From NCBI GenBank assembly GCA_030604405.1, contig JAUVVY010000013.1:3267-67266 (forward strand): 64,000 nt of DNA. The letters run 5' to 3'. This document shows, piece after piece, positions 1 to 9,123 of the stretch (position 1 is the stretch's first letter; each line of letters opens with the position of its first letter). The DNA is from a bacterium. Its GTDB lineage: Bacteria; Armatimonadota; Zipacnadia; Zipacnadales; UBA11051. Under the pieces are notes generated by a model. That model did not search any database and was not told where the DNA came from. It saw nothing but the letters and a program-made list of their open reading frames with translations. Position numbers and translations under genes: made by a program.

Positions 1-686
1 TAGACCTCCCCACCGACCGGGCACGTGATCTTCCAGTTGTAGGGCAGGGAGTACTCCCAGGTCCACGGGTAAAAGGCCTGCTTGCGGTAGATCTCCGCAC
101 CGTGTATCGGGCAACCGTCTTTGACATTGACCCAGTGCCAGCGCGGAATGGTGCTATCCGGCTGCATGTTCCATATCTGCTCGTCAGACACATCGAGCCA
201 GCGCTTGCCGGGCGCGCCTTTGCCTTTGGCCGCCTCTTTCATGACGTCGGTGGTCGTCGTTTGCCCTGCCTTGAGCTCGGGCAGCTCTTCACTCAGCGGC
301 CAACGGCGCGGCAATTGCACTCCCTTCAGTTCCCGGAACTGCCTCAGGTCGTCAAATGACCAGATCTCGATGGATACGGTGACCTCGCCGTCCGGGTGGG
401 CAAAGATGATATCTGCCTGGTCCGCCGGCTTGAGACTGCGGAAATAGTACTTGCGCAGTTGCTTCTTGGCGGGAAGCGGCGTGCGGTCGAACATCTCCAC
501 GCACTCGGGCACCGTCACTTTGATCTGCGGCGCGTCAGCGGACACATTGAGTGCAATCATGAACATCCGCTGTACGCCAACGATGTCCGGCTTGTAGGCG
601 ATCGCGTCTTCGCCCTGCGAGTATCCAGGGACAGACAACAGCGAGCCCAGCAACAGCCCCATGATGACCAATAAGTCCCAGCGCAT
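1..686 (-). CDS. secreted hypothetical protein (3' end beyond window start)
   Basis: ATG at 686 on the minus strand, open frame running off the window (>228 codons). N-terminus MRWDLLVIMGLLLGSLLSVPGYSQG is signal-peptide-like. Contains the left copy of a 25-bp exact repeat (510-534). Confidence 0.6.
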   Translation of the reverse strand, partial: MRWDLLVIMGLLLGSLLSVPGYSQGEDAIAYKPDIVGVQRMFMIALNVSADAPQIKVTVPECVEMFDRTPLPAKKQLRKYYFRSLKPADQADIIFAHPDGEVTVSIEIWSFDDLRQFRELKGVQLPRRWPLSEELPELKAGQTTTTDVMKEAAKGKGAPGKRWLDVSDEQIWNMQPDSTIPRWHWVNVKDGCPIHGAEIYRKQAFYPWTWEYSLPYNWKITCPVGGEV

Positions 687-1041
687 TGCTATCACCTCTG
701 TCCGTCGAGTAGCGTCTCCATGGCTTCTACCATTTGCAGGCCTACTCCCAGGTTCCAGTCGGGCGTTTCCTGAACGCCGGCCCCAATCATCCCCGCCTGA
801 TTTGGACTTTGACCTGTCTGCCCGAAAAACGCCGTCGGCAGTGTTATTCCGCACCTTGCGCCAATATCCTGCAAGTGCCCAAGTGCCAAGCCGGTCAGAT
901 TCTTTCGGGGTGACACCGTCTCGAGCAGGTGATCAACAGCAGGAAGCCAGGGAGCGACTGACGAATAAGCTCACAGTGTCCGGACTCTGATCAGGCGAAT
1001 GTTAGAGACAGAGCAAGACACGGTTCAGAAGGAGACAATAG

Positions 1042-2274
1042 ATGGCCTTTCTGACATGGGACAAGTATCATCCCGAAGTGGCCCAAGCCTGCAAGAACAT
1101 CCAGCCGTGGCCCTGCGAAAAGATCGCCACGGGACTGGCAGGCGTCTCACAGCCGAGCATTGTTAAGGACCCCAAGGGGCAGCTTTTCGTCGCAGGGACT
1201 CACGGCGAGGTGTTCCACTCCAGAGACGGCGCCGAATCCTGGGCCCTGCTGTGCGAGGCGCCGGCACTCGACCCCGACGTGCCGGCGGGCCTCAAGGTGA
1301 TGGCATTAGACAGCTCGGGAATCGGGGTGTCTTCGGAGGGTACGCTGCTTCTGCCATGGCGCATGGCATATAACGACGGGCGGGAGTATTGTGGCCACGA
1401 AGACGAGACCTACCACGACGTGATGTGGGTTACGCGGTCAGAGGACCGGGGCAAGACGTGGGAGGCGTCGCCGCTGCTAGATCCCTCGCCGTACGACGTG
1501 ATAGGCGGCAATCAGGTGCGTATCAATGAGATGAGTGATGGACGGCTTCTGGTTGTGGAGACTGCGGCGCGGCAGCCGCGCCCGGGCAAGCCGCTTCCCA
1601 AGAGCGAGTGGAAGCTGTGGGCACTGCTCTTCTGCTCGACGGACGACGGTCGTACGTGGACGCATATCGCCGATCTTGGCGAGCACACCGATGAAAGTGA
1701 TTTGCTTGAGCTGCCCTCGGGAAAGTTATTGGCGAGTGTCCGGTATCAGCGAAAGAAGTTACCCGATGATCCCGACGAGCTTGCCACGCCCTATTACTTC
1801 GACCCCGAACACGATAAGGACAGATGCCGGGAGTGCCGGGAATACGGGCCAACCGGCGTCGGCGGACACAGCGTCTATAAACAGTCGGCTGTTGTGCACA
1901 GTGATGACGAAGGCAAGACCTGGAGCGCCCCGCGAATCGTGACGGGATGGCTTCAACAGACCGGGTGCCTGGCGCGGCTGTCGGACGGAACTGTCCTGCT
2001 TCCCTTCGGTCACAAGGACGAGGGCCACGGCCAACGTGTTATTATCAGCTTCGACGAGGGCGAAACCTGGAGTAAGGCAGTTTACGAACTGAACAAGTTC
2101 GGCATGTACGCCAGTTCCGTTGTGCTTGGGGATGATACCATCGTAACAGTGCACGACTCGGCAGGGACGGGAGACTCTCGTGGCCTGCATGTGCTGCGGT
2201 GGAAGGCCCCGCCGAGGGAGGAAGTAAGCAAGTACGGCTTCTTCGAACCCAGGCCGGCCCAAAGCCCTGAATAA
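1042..2274 (+). CDS. BNR/Asp-box repeat sialidase-like glycosyl hydrolase family protein
   Basis: Four S-x-D-x-G-x-T-W Asp-box repeats (SEDRGKTWE, STDDGRTWT, SDDEGKTWS, SFDEGETWS). RBS AAGGAGA 6 nt upstream. No signal peptide. Confidence 0.75.
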   Translation: MAFLTWDKYHPEVAQACKNIQPWPCEKIATGLAGVSQPSIVKDPKGQLFVAGTHGEVFHSRDGAESWALLCEAPALDPDVPAGLKVMALDSSGIGVSSEGTLLLPWRMAYNDGREYCGHEDETYHDVMWVTRSEDRGKTWEASPLLDPSPYDVIGGNQVRINEMSDGRLLVVETAARQPRPGKPLPKSEWKLWALLFCSTDDGRTWTHIADLGEHTDESDLLELPSGKLLASVRYQRKKLPDDPDELATPYYFDPEHDKDRCRECREYGPTGVGGHSVYKQSAVVHSDDEGKTWSAPRIVTGWLQQTGCLARLSDGTVLLPFGHKDEGHGQRVIISFDEGETWSKAVYELNKFGMYASSVVLGDDTIVTVHDSAGTGDSRGLHVLRWKAPPREEVSKYGFFEPRPAQSPE

Positions 2275-2380
2275 GAGGCCCACGTGAGCAAAAATCCGGG
2301 CGCGGCGATTCTGCCCAGCCCTATCTAAAGAGGTGTACTATCGAAGCGGCTTCAGGACTTCATTTTCGGAGATTCACAGG

Positions 2381-2512
2381 CTGGGCTTCGACAAGCTCAG
2401 CCCCTACGGGAAAGACGCTGCTGCTTTTTGGCCTTGCTTGCTCAGTCGTCCAATACCGGCGGCGCGGTAGCCTTCGGCAAGCTCAGGCCCTGCGGCAAGC
2501 CCGCGCCCTACA
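2381..2512. repeat. REP-like hairpin repeat copies (same family as 14547-14770)
   Basis: Degenerate copy GGGCTTCGACAAGCTCAGCCCCTACGGG at 2381-2412. Fuller copy GGCGCGGTAGCCTTCGGCAAGCTCAGGCCCTGCGGCAAGCCCGCGCCCTACA at 2458-2512, about 90% identical to 14601-14653, with stem halves GGCGCGG/CCGCGCC. Confidence 0.55.
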
Positions 2513-3552
2513 GAACGCCGGCTGTTGTCAATAGTCTAATACCTGCGGCGGGGTGGCCTTCGGGAACTGAAATCGACCCAGATGATGATGAACCAGTTTG
2601 GAAGAAGACCAGCAATCCAGATGACCCAGTTTGCTACACCAAGAATACGGCTCCTACAATGTTCGCAGTGTTCACGGTGACACCCAGCATCTCTCCTGAC
2701 GTGACCGGGGTATCTGTGAGGGCCAAGGTAGACACCACGGTCGTCGGGAGCGCCACTAGCCTGAAGCTTTCCGGAACTGTGATAGAGGACAGCACCAACA
2801 CAGACGGGGATGTTGACGGCATCGGCGGCGGCTCTGCTGTGCCGAATAGTAATGGTGTCATAGCGTTCGATGGGGTTACCAACGACAGGCGCACTTTGAA
2901 GTGGAAATACTCTCTAAATGGTACTGCCTGGACGAGAGCTTACGACGCGGACGTTAAAATGTACTTTACCGATGCAACGCCGCTGGAAGCCAACGTATAT
3001 GACCTGGCCCTGGAGAAAGCTTTTGGCTATGTGGACGGTGACGCCGATATCCAGGGGGAAATCAATACCGGGATGGATGGTGATATTACGTATGACCCCA
3101 GCGAAGCGCATAAGCATGACTTGGACCTGTTTACCACCGGTGAGGGGCAATGCTGTTGCCACGCGATTGTATTTACGCAGCTATGCCGGACTGTGGGCGT
3201 TGACGCAGCCACCGAGTACGTCTGGGGCGGTCACGCCGCCGACTACGTTTGCTGGTTCTGGTGGCAGGACAACCCACCGGCCGGACCAAGTGTGTCGGAC
3301 TACTATTGTTCTTTCCAATTGGACAAACCAATCCACGATGACGCGGGAGCCGATCCCCACTTTACTTTGCATGCCGAATCTCTCTCTGGTGGCACGTATT
3401 ATGATTCCTCCTACGGGACGACCAGCCTACCTGGTACTCACGAACTGGCCCCGGCGCATCCCGTTGGTAATCCCGCGGCTACGGTACGAACTGGGGGCGG
3501 TTTTCCGCCCAGTAACCAGTGCGACACCGACTGGGAGTGTGCACATTACTGA
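2428..3552 (+). CDS. hypothetical protein (possible papain/transglutaminase-like Cys motif); start uncertain
   Basis: 374-codon ORF in a lower-GC segment. Motif GEGQCCCHAIVFTQLCRTVGV resembles the G-x-C...A..F..L.R..G core of transglutaminase-like cysteine peptidases, but the His/Asp partners are not convincingly placed. The annotated start overlaps a REP-like element, so the true start is probably internal. Confidence 0.45.
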   Translation: MALLAQSSNTGGAVAFGKLRPCGKPAPYRTPAVVNSLIPAAGWPSGTEIDPDDDEPVWKKTSNPDDPVCYTKNTAPTMFAVFTVTPSISPDVTGVSVRAKVDTTVVGSATSLKLSGTVIEDSTNTDGDVDGIGGGSAVPNSNGVIAFDGVTNDRRTLKWKYSLNGTAWTRAYDADVKMYFTDATPLEANVYDLALEKAFGYVDGDADIQGEINTGMDGDITYDPSEAHKHDLDLFTTGEGQCCCHAIVFTQLCRTVGVDAATEYVWGGHAADYVCWFWWQDNPPAGPSVSDYYCSFQLDKPIHDDAGADPHFTLHAESLSGGTYYDSSYGTTSLPGTHELAPAHPVGNPAATVRTGGGFPPSNQCDTDWECAHY

Positions 3553-3617
3553 GACTAAAGTGCTAGGTCTCGCAAACACTTATCGTAAGAAACAGTCAAA
3601 CAGAGGAGGAAAGTCCC

Positions 3618-4481
3618 ATGAAAATCAGGTTGGCGATAATCACGCTTGCGTATGTATGGGTGTGGACCGGGGGACTGGTTGTGGGGCCAGCGTCGCAGGA
3701 CCAGGCCAGACAGGCTGCGTGCTATGCGGAGACCGAGGAACAAAGCGGCAGGCCGGCGCACATCAGGAGCATACATCCGGAAGAGGTCTTCGGCCCACTT
3801 CCTCAATATGAAACTGTGATCGCCGGCATAGATGCGGACGCATTGGCGCAGACCTTCTTGCCGGGCGATGCACTCCTGTCCATAACGGCGATAGGCTCCA
3901 TCCCCTGGAACATAGGAGTAGACTATCGCTATAACACAGGGGCTGGACGGGTGGCAATGGAAGTTGGGGTGTTCCAGGACCAACAGACAGCAGCAAAAGC
4001 ATTCGCGGATTGGTGGAGAAGAAGAGCGGTAGTCCTACCCTTGTTCCCGGGATTAGGGGACAGGGCATGTCTCTCGGGTGAGAATGTAGGGGTTGTGGTC
4101 AACAATGCTGTGCTCTCGGTGTATTGGCGTGATAGACACAGCACCGACCGGATGCTGTCGATTGGAAAGCTCATAGTGGAGCAACTCAAAACGGGCGAAG
4201 AGATCGTAACCAGAGGTGACCATGTCGTAATCCCGGCAATTCACGTCGAGGTGTCGGCCGAAGTAGTTGCTGGCGAAGCGGCCGCAATTCAGTATTGGGT
4301 CGAAGGTGACGAGAAGGTATTCGTTGAACCGGGAGTGAGGCCAGCCAGACAAAGTGGCACCATATCGTTCATTGGAACGACGACCCCGCCGGGTACCTAT
4401 ACACGTGAGCTATTCTTTGCTACAGAAAAGAATGTCATTGTGCGTAAGGTAGTGTCGGTACGAGTGGTCGCACAAGAATAG
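3618..4481 (+). CDS. hypothetical secreted/membrane-anchored protein
   Basis: RBS GAGGAGGA 8 nt upstream. N-terminal hydrophobic segment MKIRLAIITLAYVWVWTGGLVVG. Visibly lower-GC codon usage than its neighbours. TAG stop. Confidence 0.6.
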   Translation: MKIRLAIITLAYVWVWTGGLVVGPASQDQARQAACYAETEEQSGRPAHIRSIHPEEVFGPLPQYETVIAGIDADALAQTFLPGDALLSITAIGSIPWNIGVDYRYNTGAGRVAMEVGVFQDQQTAAKAFADWWRRRAVVLPLFPGLGDRACLSGENVGVVVNNAVLSVYWRDRHSTDRMLSIGKLIVEQLKTGEEIVTRGDHVVIPAIHVEVSAEVVAGEAAAIQYWVEGDEKVFVEPGVRPARQSGTISFIGTTTPPGTYTRELFFATEKNVIVRKVVSVRVVAQE

Positions 4482-4534
4482 TATGAGTACCGCTAGGAGC
4501 CTTCGTTCTTGGTGATTTGATCTGAGCACGATGA

Positions 4535-5365
4535 GTGGGCATTGATTCAGAGCCTCCGCGAGCCGCATCCCCCAGAACCCGAGTAACTGCAGCCGACCCC
4601 GAGCAACGGCACATGCGGCCGGCTGCCCGTCGGGCATGGGTTCGCCAGGGCTCCGGATATGGACTGGAGGATGGGTGGAATGGGCGAGGCAGTGAGTTCA
4701 TCGGTGCGTTGGTACCCAGCGACTTTGTGCCCTCACAATTTGGGGGTGCGATGCACCTCGGTAGAAACATAATCACTGGCGAATGTTTCAATGGCGCGAA
4801 TGGGGACCACCAGTATTGGTCGTCTGGTTGGGACCCAGATACGGGCCCGCCCTATGCCAGGGATGACGACCCTCAAAGCGGAACATCATCTGGGGTTATT
4901 TACGCCTGGGATTACCCAGGTCTCAGCGGATTCCACAGTTCCGCCAACGAGATTCTGCGGATGCGGATCAATTGGAAAGCATTCGCCATGTATGACACTA
5001 TCCGGTGCTCCGAGCAGCTAGAATGGTGCACCCGCCAGTCCTACAAGAAGACAGGCTCCTGGGACACAGGAACCGCCAGTTCCGGCGGTGTCTATACCTT
5101 AACTGACAATACGAAGGCTTGGGGACCGGCCGGCTGGGTGCCGGGGGTGATCAAAATCACAGGCGGAACGGGCGTCGGTCAGGTTCGCCGGGTCACCGGA
5201 AACTCAGACGTCACTATCACTGTGGCCACGGCTTGGGGCACGCAACCTGCCGCCGACTCAGAGTACACAGTCTTCAAGGCATCAACCTGGACAATAGTAA
5301 ATGACGTCGGCAATGACAATGTAAATGCCGATGGAACTACTAACACAACATGGGACCTTCAATAG
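4535..5365 (+). CDS. hypothetical protein (start uncertain, possibly the Met near 4754)
   Basis: 276-codon ORF in the lower-GC segment. C-terminal Gly/Thr-rich region (VIKITGGTGVGQVRRVTGNSDVTITVATAWG) is reminiscent of fibre/adhesin-like beta structure. No recognizable catalytic motif. Confidence 0.45.
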   Translation: MGIDSEPPRAASPRTRVTAADPEQRHMRPAARRAWVRQGSGYGLEDGWNGRGSEFIGALVPSDFVPSQFGGAMHLGRNIITGECFNGANGDHQYWSSGWDPDTGPPYARDDDPQSGTSSGVIYAWDYPGLSGFHSSANEILRMRINWKAFAMYDTIRCSEQLEWCTRQSYKKTGSWDTGTASSGGVYTLTDNTKAWGPAGWVPGVIKITGGTGVGQVRRVTGNSDVTITVATAWGTQPAADSEYTVFKASTWTIVNDVGNDNVNADGTTNTTWDLQ

Positions 5366-5395
5366 ATTTAGCTAATTGCGAAAGGAGAGTTTGAG

Positions 5396-6013
5396 ATGCT
5401 CTTACGTGTGGAGTTAGTCTTGGCGTTGCTTGGGCTTTGCGTGATCGCCGCTCTGTTCGTTGGTGCGGGACGGGCACAGGGACAAGAGTCCGCTGTCAAG
5501 AGGCTGCTTTCCGATGAAGCGACGACAATACTCCAGGCACAGGAGGAACTGCTTGCGGCCCGAACAGACTTGATTTCTCAGCTCATAAGTGTTGTTGACA
5601 GTCAGCAAAACCACGAAACGAGACGCGAATCGGTGCGGGCGAGTATGTTTATCTTAGGGGAAATGCGGGCCACGCAGGCTGTGCCGGTGCTAGTCAAATA
5701 CATAGCCTTCCGTGACGACCCGTCGGCCCGTTTCGCACAGCCACATCGGTTCGGTTCAGGGCCGCTGGAACAGGAGGGGCCCGCTGTCCAAGCGCTCGTA
5801 AAGATCGGTGAGCCTTGCCTGAAGGCGGTCATCAACAAGCTCGCAACGACCTATGATGTTACGGAGCAGAAATGTTGCATTCGCGTATTGATTGAACTCA
5901 GAGAAAGCGACGCGGCTTCGGCTATGTTGGTGGACGCCATCGCGGAGGAAGCGGACCTTAAGAAGCGCGAGCGCCTCCATAACAGTCTAGACATGCTCCT
6001 GAGAATTGAATGA
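5396..6013 (+). CDS. hypothetical secreted protein
   Basis: RBS AAAGGAGAG. Signal peptide MLLRVELVLALLGLCVIAALFVGAGRAQG. Helical repeat-like body. Confidence 0.6.
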   Translation: MLLRVELVLALLGLCVIAALFVGAGRAQGQESAVKRLLSDEATTILQAQEELLAARTDLISQLISVVDSQQNHETRRESVRASMFILGEMRATQAVPVLVKYIAFRDDPSARFAQPHRFGSGPLEQEGPAVQALVKIGEPCLKAVINKLATTYDVTEQKCCIRVLIELRESDAASAMLVDAIAEEADLKKRERLHNSLDMLLRIE

Positions 6014-6818
6014 CCGCAGCCCACCGGACGGTGAATGGCAGCCATATGACGACACCGTCACTTTGATCTGCGGCGCGCTGCGAAAGATAGACTACCGATG
6101 CGCCGATCTTGCTGAAGGTCTTGTACGAGCTTGCCAGGTAAACGTCGCAGCCGAGTTCTTCGACATTTACCAGTTGGTGAGGAGCCCGCTGAGCGCCATC
6201 AACGAGCACATAGAGATCAGGCTTGAGCTTCCTCGCCTCGGCAATGATGGTCTTGACATCGTTGCTAGTGCCCAGGATGTTGGAACTGTGAATCAGTGCG
6301 AGGACGACGGTATTGGTATCAATCTGCTCGAGGATGGCTTCCGGCTTGACGATGCCGGCTTCTCGACACAGTTGCGCGACACGCCATTGCTTGCGGAGTC
6401 GTTCGGCCAGAATCCGCGTCGCATCAAAGGTCGCGGGATGATCGAGGTTGGTCGTCACCACGTTATCGCCAGGAACATAATGAATAATCGAGCCAAGTAC
6501 CTTGAATACGTTGCTGGTAGTGCTTTCGCCCAGGGCAATGGTTCCGGACCGCGCACCGAGGAATGTGCGGACGTCTTCTGTCCCGCTGGCGATGATCGCA
6601 TCGGTCTCCTGGGAGGCCGGATTGTCCCTGCCTGCATTGTCTGGCAGCGCTGTCAGCTCGGAGACTACCTCCACTACCGATTTTAGCTTCAGCGCGCCGC
6701 CGGCATTCTCCAAATAGATCCGCTTTCCGCAGTAGGGGTCGGACTCCACGCAGGCAAAGCTACCTCGGATAGCGTTCATGAGGTCATCATCAAAGAATTG
6801 GCCTTCATCCCGGCGCAT
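5958..6818 (-). pseudogene. class V aminotransferase / cysteine desulfurase-family gene, 3'-truncated
   Basis: N-terminal two thirds carry class-V PLP enzyme motifs: IYLENAGGA, GDNVVTTNLDHPA, ALIHSSNILGT, VDGAQRAPHQLVNVEELGCDVYLASSYKTF (the SSYK corresponds to the SGHK PLP-lysine motif), GASVVYLSQRA. Only about 35 residues follow where about 150 are expected. Homology is lost exactly at the 25-bp repeat copy 6053-6077. Confidence 0.5.
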
Positions 6819-7041
6819 GCTTCCCTCCCGGTCATGTGGTTGTAGAGTTTCACGTCACCCCAGTTGAGATCACTACTGCGAGGTTCGGCGCCGCTCCCCC
6901 TTCCTCCTCTTCAAGAGGTGTGTGCAGCCCGGCGGAGGTCGCTGGGGGGCAGAGAGTCACACCGAGGCGACAGGCTTGTGTCGTTGGGAGATGAGCATTT
7001 CAGCAGAGGCGGGGATAGCTCGCGTCTTTGTGATTCGCGGG

Positions 7042-8229
7042 CTATCCTGCTCCGGCGACAATCTCGGTAATGTCTCGCTCGAGTGAGGAGAGCGCCTCAT
7101 TGACGGTCAGTCGGTCCAGGATGGCCCCCTGAACGGTTTGCCAGAGGGTGTCTTCAACCTGCGGGTAGGCTGGGAACCTGGGCGGTATGATAGCGTAGTT
7201 GATGACGGTCTCGTCCAGGAGCTTCATGCGGCGCTGTGCCAATGAACCGGGCTCAGTCAAGGCGACGATCTGCTGGTGAACGGCCGGCCTGACGGACAGG
7301 GCTCCTCCGCGGGCTTCCAGAAGTTGGGATTCATAGGAGGTGAGGAATCGCAGCAGTGCCAGGGCGCCGTCGAGGTCGGTAACGCTGGTGGGAATGGCAA
7401 ATGTGAAGCCGCCGGCATAAGCACAGCGGAGTCCGGCAGGTCCGCTGGGGAGGAGGCTGATTCCTACATGGCCGGCGGCCCGCGATGTCTCCGGGTTGAC
7501 GATATGCTCGTATCCGCCGGGCCAGTCGTGGATCATGGCAGCGCGTCCGGTGGTGAAGGCTGCGCGCACCTCATCGTAGTGCATGTCAGGCAAGTCGGGC
7601 GGTGTCACCTTGCGGACAGAATGGAGGTCGCGGAGGTAGTTGAGCGCCCAGCGCCCCGCGTCGGAGTCGAGGGCAGGGCGGAGGTCATCGTGGAAGAGGC
7701 GTCCGCCCGCAGATGAGAGCAGCTCGAAGAAGGTACCGAAAAGCCCGGAGAAACAGCCGGGGTAGGCAAAGCCCACACGGTCCGGCGGAGCGGCTACTTG
7801 CTGGGCCATGTCGGCCAGTTCGTCCCACGTCTCAGGTCCCCGTTCGCCGATCCAGTCGGTGCGGTGACAGAGGAGGCGGACGTCAATGTTGCGCGGCAGG
7901 CCGTAGAGCTTGCCGTCAATGGTGGCCAGTTCGACGATGGAGGGGGCGAAGGCGGCGATCTGCTCGTCCGAGATCCAGTCATCGAGGGGATGGAGCCACT
8001 GAGCCTGGCTGGGTGCGTATTTAGTGTGTGTGGAGATGAGGTCGTAGCGGGCCGTGCCGGCAGAATACACCTCTGCAATATGATCGTTAAGGGCCGGGTG
8101 GGCATCCTTGAAGGCTATCTCGACGTGCCAGCCGGCCTGGTCCTCGAACTCGGGAAGGCGCTGATAGAGGCGGTCGTACATCGGGCCGCCGACAAGCGCA
8201 ACACGCAAGGTCCCCCTGGTGGCGTTCAT
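7042..8229 (-). CDS. extracellular solute-binding protein family 1-like (ABC sugar-binding protein fold), no signal peptide
   Basis: 395 aa with periplasmic sugar-binding-protein-like features (…DGKLYGLPRNIDVRLLCHRTDW…, …AGGFTFAIPTS…). The N-terminus MNATRGTLRVALVGGP lacks a signal peptide. 15 bp downstream of the SDR gene on the same strand. Confidence 0.5.
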   Translation of the reverse strand: MNATRGTLRVALVGGPMYDRLYQRLPEFEDQAGWHVEIAFKDAHPALNDHIAEVYSAGTARYDLISTHTKYAPSQAQWLHPLDDWISDEQIAAFAPSIVELATIDGKLYGLPRNIDVRLLCHRTDWIGERGPETWDELADMAQQVAAPPDRVGFAYPGCFSGLFGTFFELLSSAGGRLFHDDLRPALDSDAGRWALNYLRDLHSVRKVTPPDLPDMHYDEVRAAFTTGRAAMIHDWPGGYEHIVNPETSRAAGHVGISLLPSGPAGLRCAYAGGFTFAIPTSVTDLDGALALLRFLTSYESQLLEARGGALSVRPAVHQQIVALTEPGSLAQRRMKLLDETVINYAIIPPRFPAYPQVEDTLWQTVQGAILDRLTVNEALSSLERDITEIVAGAG

Positions 8230-8244
8230 GGCAAGGCCTCCTGT

Positions 8245-9002
8245 TCAGTAGCCGAGTGTAACGCCGCCGTCCACTGGTAGTGCGACACCGGTGATGAAGG
8301 AGGCGGCATCACTGGCGAGGAAGGCTACTGCCTCGCCGATTTCCTCGACAGTGGCGATACGCCCCATGGGATGCACGGAGTAGATGTACTCGCGCGCCTG
8401 GTCGGGGTCAGGCTGCTGCTTGAACCAGTCCTCGACCAGCGGCGTCTCGACCCAGCCGGGACAGACACAGTTGACGCGGACACCTTCAGGGGCCAGGTCG
8501 AGTGCCATCGCCTTAGTCATGGCGACGATGCCACCCTTGCTTGCGGCATAGGCGGTGGCACGGCTCTGTCCGACCAGGCCGACCATTGAGGACATGTTGA
8601 TGATGCTGCCGTGCCGGTCCACGAGATGGGGGAGGGCGGCTTTGGCACAGAGGAAGTAGCCCTTGAGGTTGATGTCGAGCAGGCGGTCCCATTCCTCTTC
8701 GGTCTGGTCGAAGATGGTCTCGGAGATGTGGATGCCGGCGTTGTTGAGGAGGCAGTCTATGTGGCCGAATCTCTTGACAGCCTCCTGCACCATGTTCTCG
8801 ACCTCGTCAGCGGCGGTGACGTCGGTGGGTACAAAGATGGCCTGGTAGTCGGCTCTGCGGAGGTCTGACTGAGCATGAGGCCCTGTTCTGCGGTCAACGT
8901 CGGCGATGACGACAGATGCGCCTTTGCTGGCCATGACGTGGGCGCAGCCGAGGCCGATGCCCTTTGCTCCACCGGTGACGATGACAACCTTGTCGGATAG
9001 CA
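8245..9002 (-). CDS. SDR family NAD(P)-dependent oxidoreductase
   Basis: TGGAKGIG Rossmann motif, NNAG, and the catalytic S…YxxxK (YAASKGG). RBS GGAGAG upstream of the ATG at 9002. The longer ORF reaching 9411 is an N-terminal over-extension into the divergent promoter region. Confidence 0.8.
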
Positions 9003-9123
9003 TGGGATGCTCTCCTTCGGGGGCTTGGCCGGCGCTATTGACGGCTGCCAGGGGCGCCGGGCCGCCCTGATCGGGTGTTGTTGACAACGGCTTTCTCTCA
9101 CCGTTAGTATAGGATGATTGGTC

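Noticed and set aside
6006-6686. 226-aa plus-strand ORF
   Set aside because: Lies antisense to the aminotransferase-family gene whose minus-strand translation shows clear PLP-enzyme motifs. No RBS or motif. Typical high-GC antisense artefact.
9081-9110. TTGACA-N18-TAGTAT as the pdhA promoter
   Set aside because: Hexamers are plausible, but the -10 element would lie only about 14 nt from the ATG and overlap the AGGA RBS. The true promoter may lie further upstream in the divergent region.
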